64,000 nt of DNA from a virus. How positions within the stretch are numbered: position 1 is the first letter of the stretch; each line of letters begins with the position of its first letter. Position numbers and translations under genes: made by a program. The notes under the pieces are model-generated. The model searched no databases. It was not told the DNA's origin and worked only from the letters and a program-made list of their open reading frames with translations. Below, one piece after another: positions 1 to 8,992 of the stretch. The stretch lies in the IMG/VR virus record IMGVR_UViG_3300042691_020140, positions 1-64,000 of that record; one strand, given 5' to 3'.

Positions 1-322
1 ATTCTACCACATCTACATACATATTGTCAAGTATCAGACGAACACCATCACTCTTCACAACTACTGTTGTATCTTCCTCTACAAATACGAGTCTAGCATC
101 ATTCTCAAACAGTAAAGTAAACATCACCGGAGTGTATGACTTACCGTCCTTAGTACGCTTTTCTGGTGCGTTTACCATTTCAGTAAGCTTCTGCTTAGCC
201 ATACCCATAAACACAATCGGCCCAAGTTTGTGAGAAGTAAACCCACCACGTACAACCTCAATAGCGACTTGCTTACCCTTAATGCTGTCGAAAATAGCCT
301 CGTTAAGTTGCAGCTTGTTCAT
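1..322 (-). CDS. hypothetical protein, runs off the window edge
   Basis: ATG at 322 abuts the stop of 323..931; frame (MNKLQLNEAIFDSIKGK...YVDVVE) stays open to base 2; not in the ORF track. Confidence 0.65.
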   Translation of the reverse strand, partial: MNKLQLNEAIFDSIKGKQVAIEVVRGGFTSHKLGPIVFMGMAKQKLTEMVNAPEKRTKDGKSYTPVMFTLLFENDARLVFVEEDTTVVVKSDGVRLILDNMYVDVVE

Positions 323-931
323 CTAGATTCCTTTCAGTAATGACCTATAATATTCTAGGCTCATGTGGTAGTATACCACTTCATTAATCTCAAGTAAAGT
401 GTAGTACGGCGGTTTCTCTGCTAGCTTAGACTTATTTAGATTTGTTACTACTGTCTTAGCCACCGTATTATGTACATACTTCTGAGGCTCAGCATTGCTA
501 AGTGATTCTGGATAAACACCAAGCTTGTTCAAGTCATTGACTGCCACAAGTACATAGTCTCCAGATACGTCATGGTAGTGATAAACCAAGATAGGAAACA
601 AAGCTCTCATAGACTTTGCATCTTTAATCATCTTAGAGATCCAGACCTTAAAGATACGCATCGTTGGTATACCCTTTTGCCGTGCTTCGCTAAGCTTACA
701 TTCAATCATATACTTACCAGGCCGGTTAGTGAAATCGATTAGAATGTCCCCCTTAGCCGAACCTGCCCCAGACTGTGGAGTTTGGGTACCGTCCAAGTAA
801 CGGGCTACTCGCTTTTCCATAGCTTTCGCCCGTTGTCGGTTTAACCGATTAATTTCCTTACGTCGTTCTTCCACTTGTCTAAAGTTCCCCTTGCTGGTTA
901 TTGGTTTGGGTTCTGTAATTCTGTTTCTCAT
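323..931 (-). CDS. PD-(D/E)xK nuclease, probable Holliday junction resolvase
   Basis: E-x-RVA...SGAGSAKGD...YMIECK motif order; sits in the replication cluster. Confidence 0.7.
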   Translation of the reverse strand: MRNRITEPKPITSKGNFRQVEERRKEINRLNRQRAKAMEKRVARYLDGTQTPQSGAGSAKGDILIDFTNRPGKYMIECKLSEARQKGIPTMRIFKVWISKMIKDAKSMRALFPILVYHYHDVSGDYVLVAVNDLNKLGVYPESLSNAEPQKYVHNTVAKTVVTNLNKSKLAEKPPYYTLLEINEVVYYHMSLEYYRSLLKGI

Positions 932-2118
932 GCAGTAAACTTCTGGTAAGCACCGTTAAAGACTGCTGGGGAAGTACCCAAGCGACCATTACGGTTCTTA
1001 TGGAATTTAAGATTGATGGCCCGTAAGCCGTCCATATTAGCGAAGTCGTCGATTGGTGACAGCTCAAGTACAGTGTCCGCAATCTGTGAAATCTCCCCTG
1101 AGTCTCGGATAGCGTCCATACCCTCACCGCCCTTGTTCATTTGCGAGAGAAGCACTACTGCGATACCGTTCTCCTTAGCACTCTCTTTAAGTGCTTGAGC
1201 TACCTCACCTAAGTCGTAGTTGCGAAGTCCAGTACTTACGTGGTTAACAATCTGAATATAGTCTAGGAAGACTACCTTACCACCCTTACCTGCGAAGTCC
1301 TTAATCTCTTTCTTGATTTGGTCTAAGCGAATACTAGGTGTATCGATTACGTAGATTGGTAATTGCTGTAACTTCATAACAGCTTCCTCTACTTGCTTAC
1401 GTTGAGTAGCCGTAATGCGTCCAACTAAAAGTTGAGATGAATCAATCTCAAGCATGTACGATACCCAGCGCATAACCAACTGCTCTTTAGCCATCTCTAG
1501 GCTAAACATAAGCGATGGGATATTGTACTGCAAGGCCATTTCAAGCATAGACTGACCAACTAGGGCAGTTTTTCCTGTGCCCGGCTTAGCCATGATGATT
1601 GAAAGGGTCTTAGGCATCCACTCACCACCTAACATCTGGTCAAGAAACTTTATACCAGTGTGTGTAAACTTATAGTTACCGGCGGTTTTTTGAAACAAGT
1701 CTCCGAGCATCTTCTGGGCCCCGGGAATGATAGTGCTGTCTGCCGCTGGGGCAATCGGGTCAAAGTCCAGTACGCTTGAGATAACTGCCTCGTCTGGTGT
1801 GAACTTCTTACTCTGCTCTTCTAACTCTTTAGCAGCTAAGTAGAGCTGTCGGCGACGTGCAATTAAAACAAGCTCATCTACAAGTGCTTTTTGATTAGCC
1901 ACCACCCCACTCGATAACTGTGGAGGGACATTACCGTCCATAGTCACACGAACACCCTCGTAGCTAAGCTCGCCGTACTTGATGTAAGTGTTTTTCATAG
2001 CATCAAAGACATCCTGACGCTCTTCTGTGAAAATCTGTCGGGTAATCGAGTGCATAATCTCAGGATTGTCCATCAGGGTTGACAAAAGTCGCCACTCAGC
2101 CGTTGTGTCAGTATACAT
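928..2118 (-). CDS. dnaB: DnaB-like replicative helicase
   Basis: Walker A AKPGTGKT, FSLEM, DYIQ, LSQMN, SGEISQIAD, KNRNG. Confidence 0.95.
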   Translation of the reverse strand: MYTDTTAEWRLLSTLMDNPEIMHSITRQIFTEERQDVFDAMKNTYIKYGELSYEGVRVTMDGNVPPQLSSGVVANQKALVDELVLIARRRQLYLAAKELEEQSKKFTPDEAVISSVLDFDPIAPAADSTIIPGAQKMLGDLFQKTAGNYKFTHTGIKFLDQMLGGEWMPKTLSIIMAKPGTGKTALVGQSMLEMALQYNIPSLMFSLEMAKEQLVMRWVSYMLEIDSSQLLVGRITATQRKQVEEAVMKLQQLPIYVIDTPSIRLDQIKKEIKDFAGKGGKVVFLDYIQIVNHVSTGLRNYDLGEVAQALKESAKENGIAVVLLSQMNKGGEGMDAIRDSGEISQIADTVLELSPIDDFANMDGLRAINLKFHKNRNGRLGTSPAVFNGAYQKFTA

Positions 2119-2992
2119 TGTTTCTCCTTTGTAGTTTAGCCCATTCGCTGTATGGTAGGGCGTTCTTAATTAAATCGTGGTGCTGGGTAGAACTAACGGT
2201 CATAACGAAAGTGTCTAAGTCCATCTCACTTCTACCCAAAAGTGGTAATACAGCTACATAAGGATTATATAGCTTAGTGGCTAGCTTGTCAATAGCCCTG
2301 AACACTGACTCTCGCTTGTGCCTGTCTTTATTAGAATCAAACACAATGACTTGCTTAACATCTGTACCAGAAGTCATCGGTCTCCAAGACGTAATACCCG
2401 GAAGACCTACAGTGGGTACGCCAAAGTTACTCGATATGATAGACTTAATCTCACCCTCTGTAACTAAGTGGTCAGTTTTGTGGTCATCATAATTGTATGG
2501 GAACACTGCCCCTCTAAGCTCAGAAGAACCTAAGGGAGATTTATAGCGAATATCGGCGTGTGGTTCTAAACTGCGACCACGGATGTCAGTTACCACAGTT
2601 CCTACTAGATACGGAAAAGAAACTCGGTTAGCTAAAACACACTTACCATTAACATACAGACCAGAGTCTCTAGCCAACTCTTTGTCAAAATGTTGGGGCA
2701 TATCCTCAGGTACAAAGCCTAGCTGAAATTTTTCAACTAAAGTACCTGAGATACCACGGCTCTCTAGATAAGTAAGTGCGCTTCCAGACATACAACTGTG
2801 ATAGTATCTGGACGCAATTTTGTAGAAGTTACGAATAGACTCGATAGTTGACTTTGGTTTGTAGACCTTTGCCTCACTTGTTGAATCACGTTCGTAATAC
2901 CCACAGTGAAAACAATACCCTACTCCGTTACTCGGAGTTACGTAAAAGTCGTTACCGCCGCAGTTAGGGCAGTCTGTTTTGTAGTTACTCAT
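2108..2992 (-). CDS. DNA primase (Zn-binding domain plus TOPRIM)
   Basis: CPNC...CFHC, YLESRGI, VTEGEIKS, VIVFD; adjacent to the helicase. Confidence 0.88.
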   Translation of the reverse strand: MSNYKTDCPNCGGNDFYVTPSNGVGYCFHCGYYERDSTSEAKVYKPKSTIESIRNFYKIASRYYHSCMSGSALTYLESRGISGTLVEKFQLGFVPEDMPQHFDKELARDSGLYVNGKCVLANRVSFPYLVGTVVTDIRGRSLEPHADIRYKSPLGSSELRGAVFPYNYDDHKTDHLVTEGEIKSIISSNFGVPTVGLPGITSWRPMTSGTDVKQVIVFDSNKDRHKRESVFRAIDKLATKLYNPYVAVLPLLGRSEMDLDTFVMTVSSTQHHDLIKNALPYSEWAKLQRRNNVY

Positions 2993-3005
2993 CTTTCACC
3001 TCAAA

Positions 3006-3039
3006 TAAAAAGATTGGGGCGTGATTTCTCACGCCCCCT
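3006..3039 (-). terminator. intrinsic terminator or attenuator after the SSB-like gene
   Basis: GGGGCGTGA/TCACGCCCC stem followed on the minus strand by a T-rich tract. Confidence 0.6.
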
Positions 3040-3055
3040 ACTAACCAGAACTAAC

Positions 3056-3976
3056 CTAGAAAATGTCAGCTGAAACAAGCTTTGGTACGTACTCGTACTT
3101 GTACTGCTTCATAATCTCGCCGTAGTCAACTCCGTCCAACAGGGCACGAATGGCTTCAACATCCCACGGGCGTGTAAACGACTTGAGGTCAAAGAGAGGA
3201 AGCTCCAGAGCCCACTTTGGCAGAGGCTCACGATTGATACCGGCACTCACTGTACGCTTGGTAGCCAAGCCAGTACCACTAGTCTTCATCTCGATGTCAA
3301 CCTCTGTAATCGGCATAAGAACCAACTCAGTGATTGGCATACCCTTGCTGTCGATTGCAGGGATAGAAGTCGGCTTACCATTCTCATCCTTTTCAAACAA
3401 AGGAACTTCTTTCCACACAGTCTTCGACAAGTCATCAATGTCATTCAACAAACCGCCACGACGGTCAGCTCGGGCACTTACACTACCCTCAAGAACCATG
3501 ATGCTGTTATTAGCTTCTGGACGAATGTCCGTAATACGCTTCATACCAGTACCATCTTTCTTCCAGTACTCATTCAGGTGATTTGCATAAACAATATCAC
3601 CCTCTGGAAGCTTAACTACTCGTGAGCGGTCAAACACGTTCAAGAAGAAGCGCAATTTGACCTTACGGCTGAGAGCCTCACGCTCGCCCAACTTAAGGGC
3701 TTGGTCATACTCAGCCAACAACGGACGAACTGAGTCATTGATGAATACACGACGCTCGGTGCGAACACCGTCTTTCATAACCGGAATCCAGACACTCCAG
3801 ACAATCTCGCCCTGCATCGGCTCCGATGGGTTGTTTGGGTCAGGAATACAACGAAATGTACGACTGCCCTCCTTAACATCCAAGAACACATTAGGCATAC
3901 GTGGGCCATTCTGATTGCCCTCACTCACTACAGACTTAGCATTTGACAACATGTTACCGAAACCCATACTGTTCAC
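3056..3976 (-). CDS. probable single-stranded DNA-binding protein (gp32-like)
   Basis: N-terminal FLDVKEGSRTFRCIP pattern, acidic/aromatic C-terminus (ADIF), first gene of the replication operon; assignment is by inference. Confidence 0.5.
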   Translation of the reverse strand: MNSMGFGNMLSNAKSVVSEGNQNGPRMPNVFLDVKEGSRTFRCIPDPNNPSEPMQGEIVWSVWIPVMKDGVRTERRVFINDSVRPLLAEYDQALKLGEREALSRKVKLRFFLNVFDRSRVVKLPEGDIVYANHLNEYWKKDGTGMKRITDIRPEANNSIMVLEGSVSARADRRGGLLNDIDDLSKTVWKEVPLFEKDENGKPTSIPAIDSKGMPITELVLMPITEVDIEMKTSGTGLATKRTVSAGINREPLPKWALELPLFDLKSFTRPWDVEAIRALLDGVDYGEIMKQYKYEYVPKLVSADIF

Positions 3977-4074
3977 TACTCCTCTACTTACTTTGATTTG
4001 ATTTATTGTCTGAGGAAAGTTCCCGGGCGAGATTATTCATCTCGTCCAGAACATACTTCCTAACAACACTATTA

Positions 4075-4103
4075 AGTATACCAAGTTGTTCGAGCTTTGT
4101 CAA
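4075..4103 (-). promoter_or_regulatory. sigma70-type promoter of the replication operon
   Basis: TTGACA-N17-TATACT with TG extension on the minus strand; 5' leader hairpin at about 4020-4051. Confidence 0.8.
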
Positions 4104-4156
4104 GAGCCGTCTTGCGTACTTACTTGCAAGCTCTGATGCAAATTTATCCATTATTA

Positions 4157-5353
4157 TTAGTCCTTAATTGAGTCTATCACATTACTAAATTGACCCGCAA
4201 TGTGACCCCAATCAAAACATACGTTTGCCATATGTTTTTCAGAAGCATTTGCTAGCTCTTCTCGAAGCTTTTTGTCACTGTATAAAGTGTACAACGCTTC
4301 TACAGCCTTGTCAACATCGATGATGTGATGAATTGTATTCAAACCCCTATCGGTCAGACTGGGGAACGGGTAACAATCTACCATAACAGCATTACCATTG
4401 GGCCACTCATTGAGTGCTGAGTGAGCCGGAAGAACACAGGGCACACCCACAGCCATCGCCTCTGCGATAGGTAATCCCCAGCCCTCGGCTGCGGTCGTGG
4501 TAAAGAAAATGTCCGCACTATTATAAACCATATTCATTTGTTCATCTGAAAGTCCATTCGATGGTGTGAGATCCGGGCGACTAATCGCAAGTCGGTCTGC
4601 GATACCAAGATAAGTACACCACTGAATAATATCAATACCATAGTCTCTAAGAGCACCGTGATAGTAGACACGAACACTCTTAGGTAAGTTGTACCGCTTA
4701 ACAAACTCTGCGAAGATGTAGAAGAATAGGTCAAGACGCTTACGTGGTTGGTTTCTTGATACATTTAAGATGACAAAGTCATCTGGTTGCATACGCATAG
4801 TCTTCTTGACTTCTGCTTTGTCAAGTCTTTTGAATGTACTGAAGTCAACCCCATGATAAATTACCCACAACTTTTCATAGTCAGCACCAGACTTGACCAA
4901 TTGCTCACGGCCAAATTCTGTGTAAGTTACAATAGCGTCAAACGACTTCTGGACTGGCTCAACAAAGTCAGTCTTAATGTTCTCTGCATCGATAGGGGTA
5001 TAAAGCACAAACTTAGTGTTAGCTTCTGGGAAGTCGGTTTTGTACTCTTCAATCTTTTTTGCATATTCCATAGCAATCCAGATGTCGTTGAGAATAAAAC
5101 ATACTTCGGGCTGTAACTGACAAAGAAGTCTGTATAACTTGTCCATACCATAAATTTCACCGTCACCAGATGATGCCGGAAATACCTTAAGCCCCTCACA
5201 CAACGGGTCATAATCTCCAAAGTGATTAATACCGATAATGTACATGTCATACTGCTCTCTAAAATGTTTAATCAAATTTCGAGAAACAATGCCGAACCCC
5301 GTTGGGACTGGGAAGTCTCCAACATAAATCATCTTTGGTTTACTCACATTCAT
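4157..5353 (-). CDS. GT4 (GT-B fold) glycosyltransferase
   Basis: TGFG, IYHGVD, RNQPRKRLD, EGWGLPIAEAMAVGVP signature. Confidence 0.9.
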   Translation of the reverse strand: MNVSKPKMIYVGDFPVPTGFGIVSRNLIKHFREQYDMYIIGINHFGDYDPLCEGLKVFPASSGDGEIYGMDKLYRLLCQLQPEVCFILNDIWIAMEYAKKIEEYKTDFPEANTKFVLYTPIDAENIKTDFVEPVQKSFDAIVTYTEFGREQLVKSGADYEKLWVIYHGVDFSTFKRLDKAEVKKTMRMQPDDFVILNVSRNQPRKRLDLFFYIFAEFVKRYNLPKSVRVYYHGALRDYGIDIIQWCTYLGIADRLAISRPDLTPSNGLSDEQMNMVYNSADIFFTTTAAEGWGLPIAEAMAVGVPCVLPAHSALNEWPNGNAVMVDCYPFPSLTDRGLNTIHHIIDVDKAVEALYTLYSDKKLREELANASEKHMANVCFDWGHIAGQFSNVIDSIKD

Positions 5354-5363
5354 ACCCTCTCCT

Positions 5364-5942
5364 TTAATATACCTTTGTTCCGGTAATAATATTCACAGGT
5401 TGTCTACTGACTACTGGTTGTGCTATTCTAGTAGCAAAGACAGTATTCAACTCTGTTTGTAATGTCTCTAATACTGCACGCATAGTATTTGCGGCGGTTG
5501 TGTTTGTAAATCTAATGTCCTCAGTTGACCAAGAAACAAATGCTGATGAACTGTTTGTTAGTTTAGCTAAGTGTACAATGTAAGCCGTAGCTAGTACAAT
5601 AGCGTCTTCGTCATTCTGCTCAATAACAGGGGGCGGGTCTTGATTAAATGTGACAAAAGGATTTCTGTATACATCGTTATTTGATAGACCAAATGGGATG
5701 TAGGCGATACCATCAACTGTGGACGCTTGAGCAAATCCGCTGGGTGCTGCACTGTTGTCCCCTGTGTAAGTACCAGATGTTACCACCTGATACTTACTTC
5801 GCCATCTTTTTTGTAGGTACTTAATACCAGAAATTAGTGCGGTTCGTACTAAAGTTTCTGAGTAGATAGTACCATCAAAGTCACCTAACCTAAGACGAAC
5901 TTGGTCTATCATATAATCAATATTTGTGGGTGATGTAATCAT
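5364..5942 (-). CDS. virion protein, head-tail connector-like
   Basis: N-terminal IDQVRLRLGD pattern typical of connector proteins; in the virion operon. Confidence 0.45.
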   Translation of the reverse strand: MITSPTNIDYMIDQVRLRLGDFDGTIYSETLVRTALISGIKYLQKRWRSKYQVVTSGTYTGDNSAAPSGFAQASTVDGIAYIPFGLSNNDVYRNPFVTFNQDPPPVIEQNDEDAIVLATAYIVHLAKLTNSSSAFVSWSTEDIRFTNTTAANTMRAVLETLQTELNTVFATRIAQPVVSRQPVNIITGTKVY

Positions 5943-5969
5943 GCTTCTCCTATTTTAACAAGATTTAAG

Positions 5970-6173
5970 TTACTTGTCAAATGTTATGTTAGGCTGGGCT
6001 ACTTCTATTGCATCTGCTTGAATATTAATTTTAGGTTCATTAATAGCAGCAGTAATTACTTGATACGCTTGAAGAATAAGTTGGTGGTCTTGAAGAGTCC
6101 CTTTAAATTGCCCTGTAACTTGTTGAAGTACATTCAGGGCTTGTTCCACTGTCAATTTAGCAGTCTGTTGCAT
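5970..6173 (-). CDS. small hypothetical protein downstream of the tail fiber
   Basis: GGAG RBS; overlaps the upstream gene. Confidence 0.55.
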   Translation of the reverse strand: MQQTAKLTVEQALNVLQQVTGQFKGTLQDHQLILQAYQVITAAINEPKINIQADAIEVAQPNITFDK

Positions 6174-6435
6174 CTTGCCACTCCGGTAATAATTTTAATT
6201 TGTTGTAGATTTGTTCGCTAATGTTATCTGTTAGTGCGAATGTGAAGTTATCTTCTGTGAATTCGTAGTACATAGTAGAGAGCGGTGACTTTTCTTGCTC
6301 TCTAGTGTCCTGATTTAAGTAACTAAAAATGTCCACAAAGCAAGTTCTGAAGTGCCATGAAATGTTGATTGTACCCAGTTTATGGTAGGTAACATCAACC
6401 CCGAAGTTTGTTGGTTTTGTTTTAGATAAAGCCAT
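6157..6435 (-). CDS. probable tail fiber assembly/chaperone protein
   Basis: 92 aa directly after the fiber, AAGGAG RBS, C-terminal IYNKLKLLPEWQDATDC pattern. Confidence 0.55.
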   Translation of the reverse strand: MALSKTKPTNFGVDVTYHKLGTINISWHFRTCFVDIFSYLNQDTREQEKSPLSTMYYEFTEDNFTFALTDNISEQIYNKLKLLPEWQDATDC

Positions 6436-6445
6436 AGTCTCTCCT

Positions 6446-8992
6446 TTATTGGTAAAATGGAATCCAACGCACTGTACCGTTTATTTGAACTCTAACCTTT
6501 CCTGCATATGCTCCCAGTGCAGAGGTTTGTATTGGGGTACTCGCAGTAACTGTATTAGACACAAAGTTAATGTATGCACTCGCATCATTAAACTGTCTCC
6601 AAGTAGTTACAGTTCGTGCAGTACCATTAGGTACTTCAATAGTTAATTGACCGTTACTGTTAGCTGTTGAAATTAATACTTGACCGGCCGAAGCTGCGGT
6701 GAGAATCTGATTACCACCCGCAGTTAAAGCTACAGAGTTAGCTGCACTACGATACATACCAGTGTCATTATCATTTACAAATGTATATGAGGGTAATGCT
6801 TCTGTACCAGATGCCATTTGAATTTGATTTGTAGAAAATAATCCGGTAAAGTTATTACCTGTTGATATTCTAATTGCATCTGCCTCTGCTTTGTAAAATC
6901 CTGTATCTTGGTCATTAATGAATGATAGTCCGGGCGTACTAACTGTACCATCTGGAATCATAATTCTAGTAGCATCAAAGTAAGCAGACCAAACGCCACC
7001 ACAAGAAAGTCTAACTGCATTAGCCTCAGCCCTATAAAACCCAGTATCTGGGTCATTTAAAAATGATAGTGCAGGATTAGATACTGAATTATCTTGAATA
7101 AGTATCTGACCATCACTTGTAATTCTCATACGCTCTGTTACAGCCCCGCCTGTAGGTGCTGTGTGAAACGCCAAAAATCCTGCATCTGTGTTTGTTAGAG
7201 TCGCGCTGGTTATTCTTGTTATTTCATCATAAGTATTATTAGACTGGTACGCATATGCCCTAATGAGGGAAACTGCGTCTCCGGCAGTTACAGCGGTGGG
7301 AGTTTCTCGTGTGCCTCTAGATTTATAAAACTCTAAAACGTTAGCAAAAGTATTATCACCACTTCTAAACGAACTCAAGGATGTATCGACTGATACTCCT
7401 GTACTAGAGGCACTTAATCTTGTAACTCCGCCTGCTGTTAGACTTATTACATCACTAGACTCTCTAAACAAACCTGTGTTTGTGTCATCTATAAAGGACA
7501 ACGCAGGACTGGCTGATGAACCACCTTGAATAAGTACTTGTGGAGTGCTAGTTATTCTTAATCTTTCTGTAGAGTTTGTAGAAAAGGCAATAATACCGTC
7601 ACCCGGCCCATACATACCACTGTCTGGGTCTGTAGTTATATACGTTGGAGACCCTGCTGAGCCAGTGGTTTGAGTTAGGAATACTGGACTAATTACTGAA
7701 GTAAACTTACCCTCTCCTGTATTTTTTATGTGACTTACAATACTAGTCCCTGTGGAGTTGTATACAAATAAGTCCCCTTTTACTATATCAAGGCCACCAT
7801 CTAAAATTTTAACCTGACCACCATTAGTATTTTCAAAGTCTAATTGAATTACGTTACCGGTTCCGACTCTAGGCATGGATATGCTCAGAACATTAACTGA
7901 ATCTAGTCCCATAGTCGCAACTGGGTCAACTGACGAGTAGTGTCGGTTATACCAAGACATACCGGTAATACCACCAGTAGCACCACTTCCAATAATTCTA
8001 AGTGAATCATTAAGTCCTACGAGACCTGTACTGTCAATATCTATACCATTTGAATCTATTCTAGTAAGTCCTGCGGTAATTACACCGCTAGTAACTGTAA
8101 GCGTACCATTGACACTTAAGTCACCAGTGTTTGCACTCACGGCTTCCAATTTAGTTACATTAAGTTTATCTGCGGTGATAGCACCGGCAGTGATTAAAGC
8201 ACCGCTAATCGTAGCCGCAGCAATTTTATCACCAGTGATAGTACCCGCAGTAATAAGTACACCACTGATTGTGTTCGCTTGAATCTTAGACCCTGTAATA
8301 GTACCGTCAGTTAACAAGATACCACTAAGAGTACCGTCAACAATCTTTCTACCAAGAAGTGTTTTATCGCCAATCATGTCAGGGCCAATAACTATACTGT
8401 CTTGTACTCTTACAGTAACTGCACTGATTACATCAGCCTCTAAATCATCTACTTGAATCAGTGTGCGTGGTAGGAATTGATATAATCTATACTCGCCACT
8501 TACAGTAGTTGCTTGATGATACAGCTTGACAAAATTGATTGTATTAACTTGAGGGAATGTATAAACTGTAGTGTTATCACCCGGCGCAGTAAATGATACA
8601 GCATTAGCTTCAGCAGTAGATTGACCTGAGTATGAAGTCAGTACTGAGTAGTTTCCAGATGTGGTTACAGGACCCGAGTAATAAGTCTCTACTCCGTCTA
8701 CTAGAGATCCAGCAGAGAGATAGAAATTGAATGAGTCTCCTGAGTAAGCCCTAAGAGTAAAGTTTTTGTACCTACCATCTTTTTCCTTACTAACCATGAG
8801 TGACTTCCAAGAGTCACCGCTGTAGGTTATGTAATCTGAATCATAATCATTAAACAGTTGGTTAGCTTGTTGTGGTATCTCATACTCACTCCAAAATAAC
8901 GGCCAGTAAAATGACTTTAACTCAGATTCATTGTTATACACAAACTCAAGATTTGGACTATCCTGAGGTACAAACGAGTTTGGTTCTATCAT
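6446..8992 (-). CDS. tail fiber / receptor-binding protein
   Basis: ITAGTITGDKI-type repeats, ERLRITS/ERMRITS repeats, and about 5 copies of P-x-LSF-x2-D-x-DTG-x-YR. Confidence 0.8.
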   Translation of the reverse strand: MIEPNSFVPQDSPNLEFVYNNESELKSFYWPLFWSEYEIPQQANQLFNDYDSDYITYSGDSWKSLMVSKEKDGRYKNFTLRAYSGDSFNFYLSAGSLVDGVETYYSGPVTTSGNYSVLTSYSGQSTAEANAVSFTAPGDNTTVYTFPQVNTINFVKLYHQATTVSGEYRLYQFLPRTLIQVDDLEADVISAVTVRVQDSIVIGPDMIGDKTLLGRKIVDGTLSGILLTDGTITGSKIQANTISGVLITAGTITGDKIAAATISGALITAGAITADKLNVTKLEAVSANTGDLSVNGTLTVTSGVITAGLTRIDSNGIDIDSTGLVGLNDSLRIIGSGATGGITGMSWYNRHYSSVDPVATMGLDSVNVLSISMPRVGTGNVIQLDFENTNGGQVKILDGGLDIVKGDLFVYNSTGTSIVSHIKNTGEGKFTSVISPVFLTQTTGSAGSPTYITTDPDSGMYGPGDGIIAFSTNSTERLRITSTPQVLIQGGSSASPALSFIDDTNTGLFRESSDVISLTAGGVTRLSASSTGVSVDTSLSSFRSGDNTFANVLEFYKSRGTRETPTAVTAGDAVSLIRAYAYQSNNTYDEITRITSATLTNTDAGFLAFHTAPTGGAVTERMRITSDGQILIQDNSVSNPALSFLNDPDTGFYRAEANAVRLSCGGVWSAYFDATRIMIPDGTVSTPGLSFINDQDTGFYKAEADAIRISTGNNFTGLFSTNQIQMASGTEALPSYTFVNDNDTGMYRSAANSVALTAGGNQILTAASAGQVLISTANSNGQLTIEVPNGTARTVTTWRQFNDASAYINFVSNTVTASTPIQTSALGAYAGKVRVQINGTVRWIPFYQ

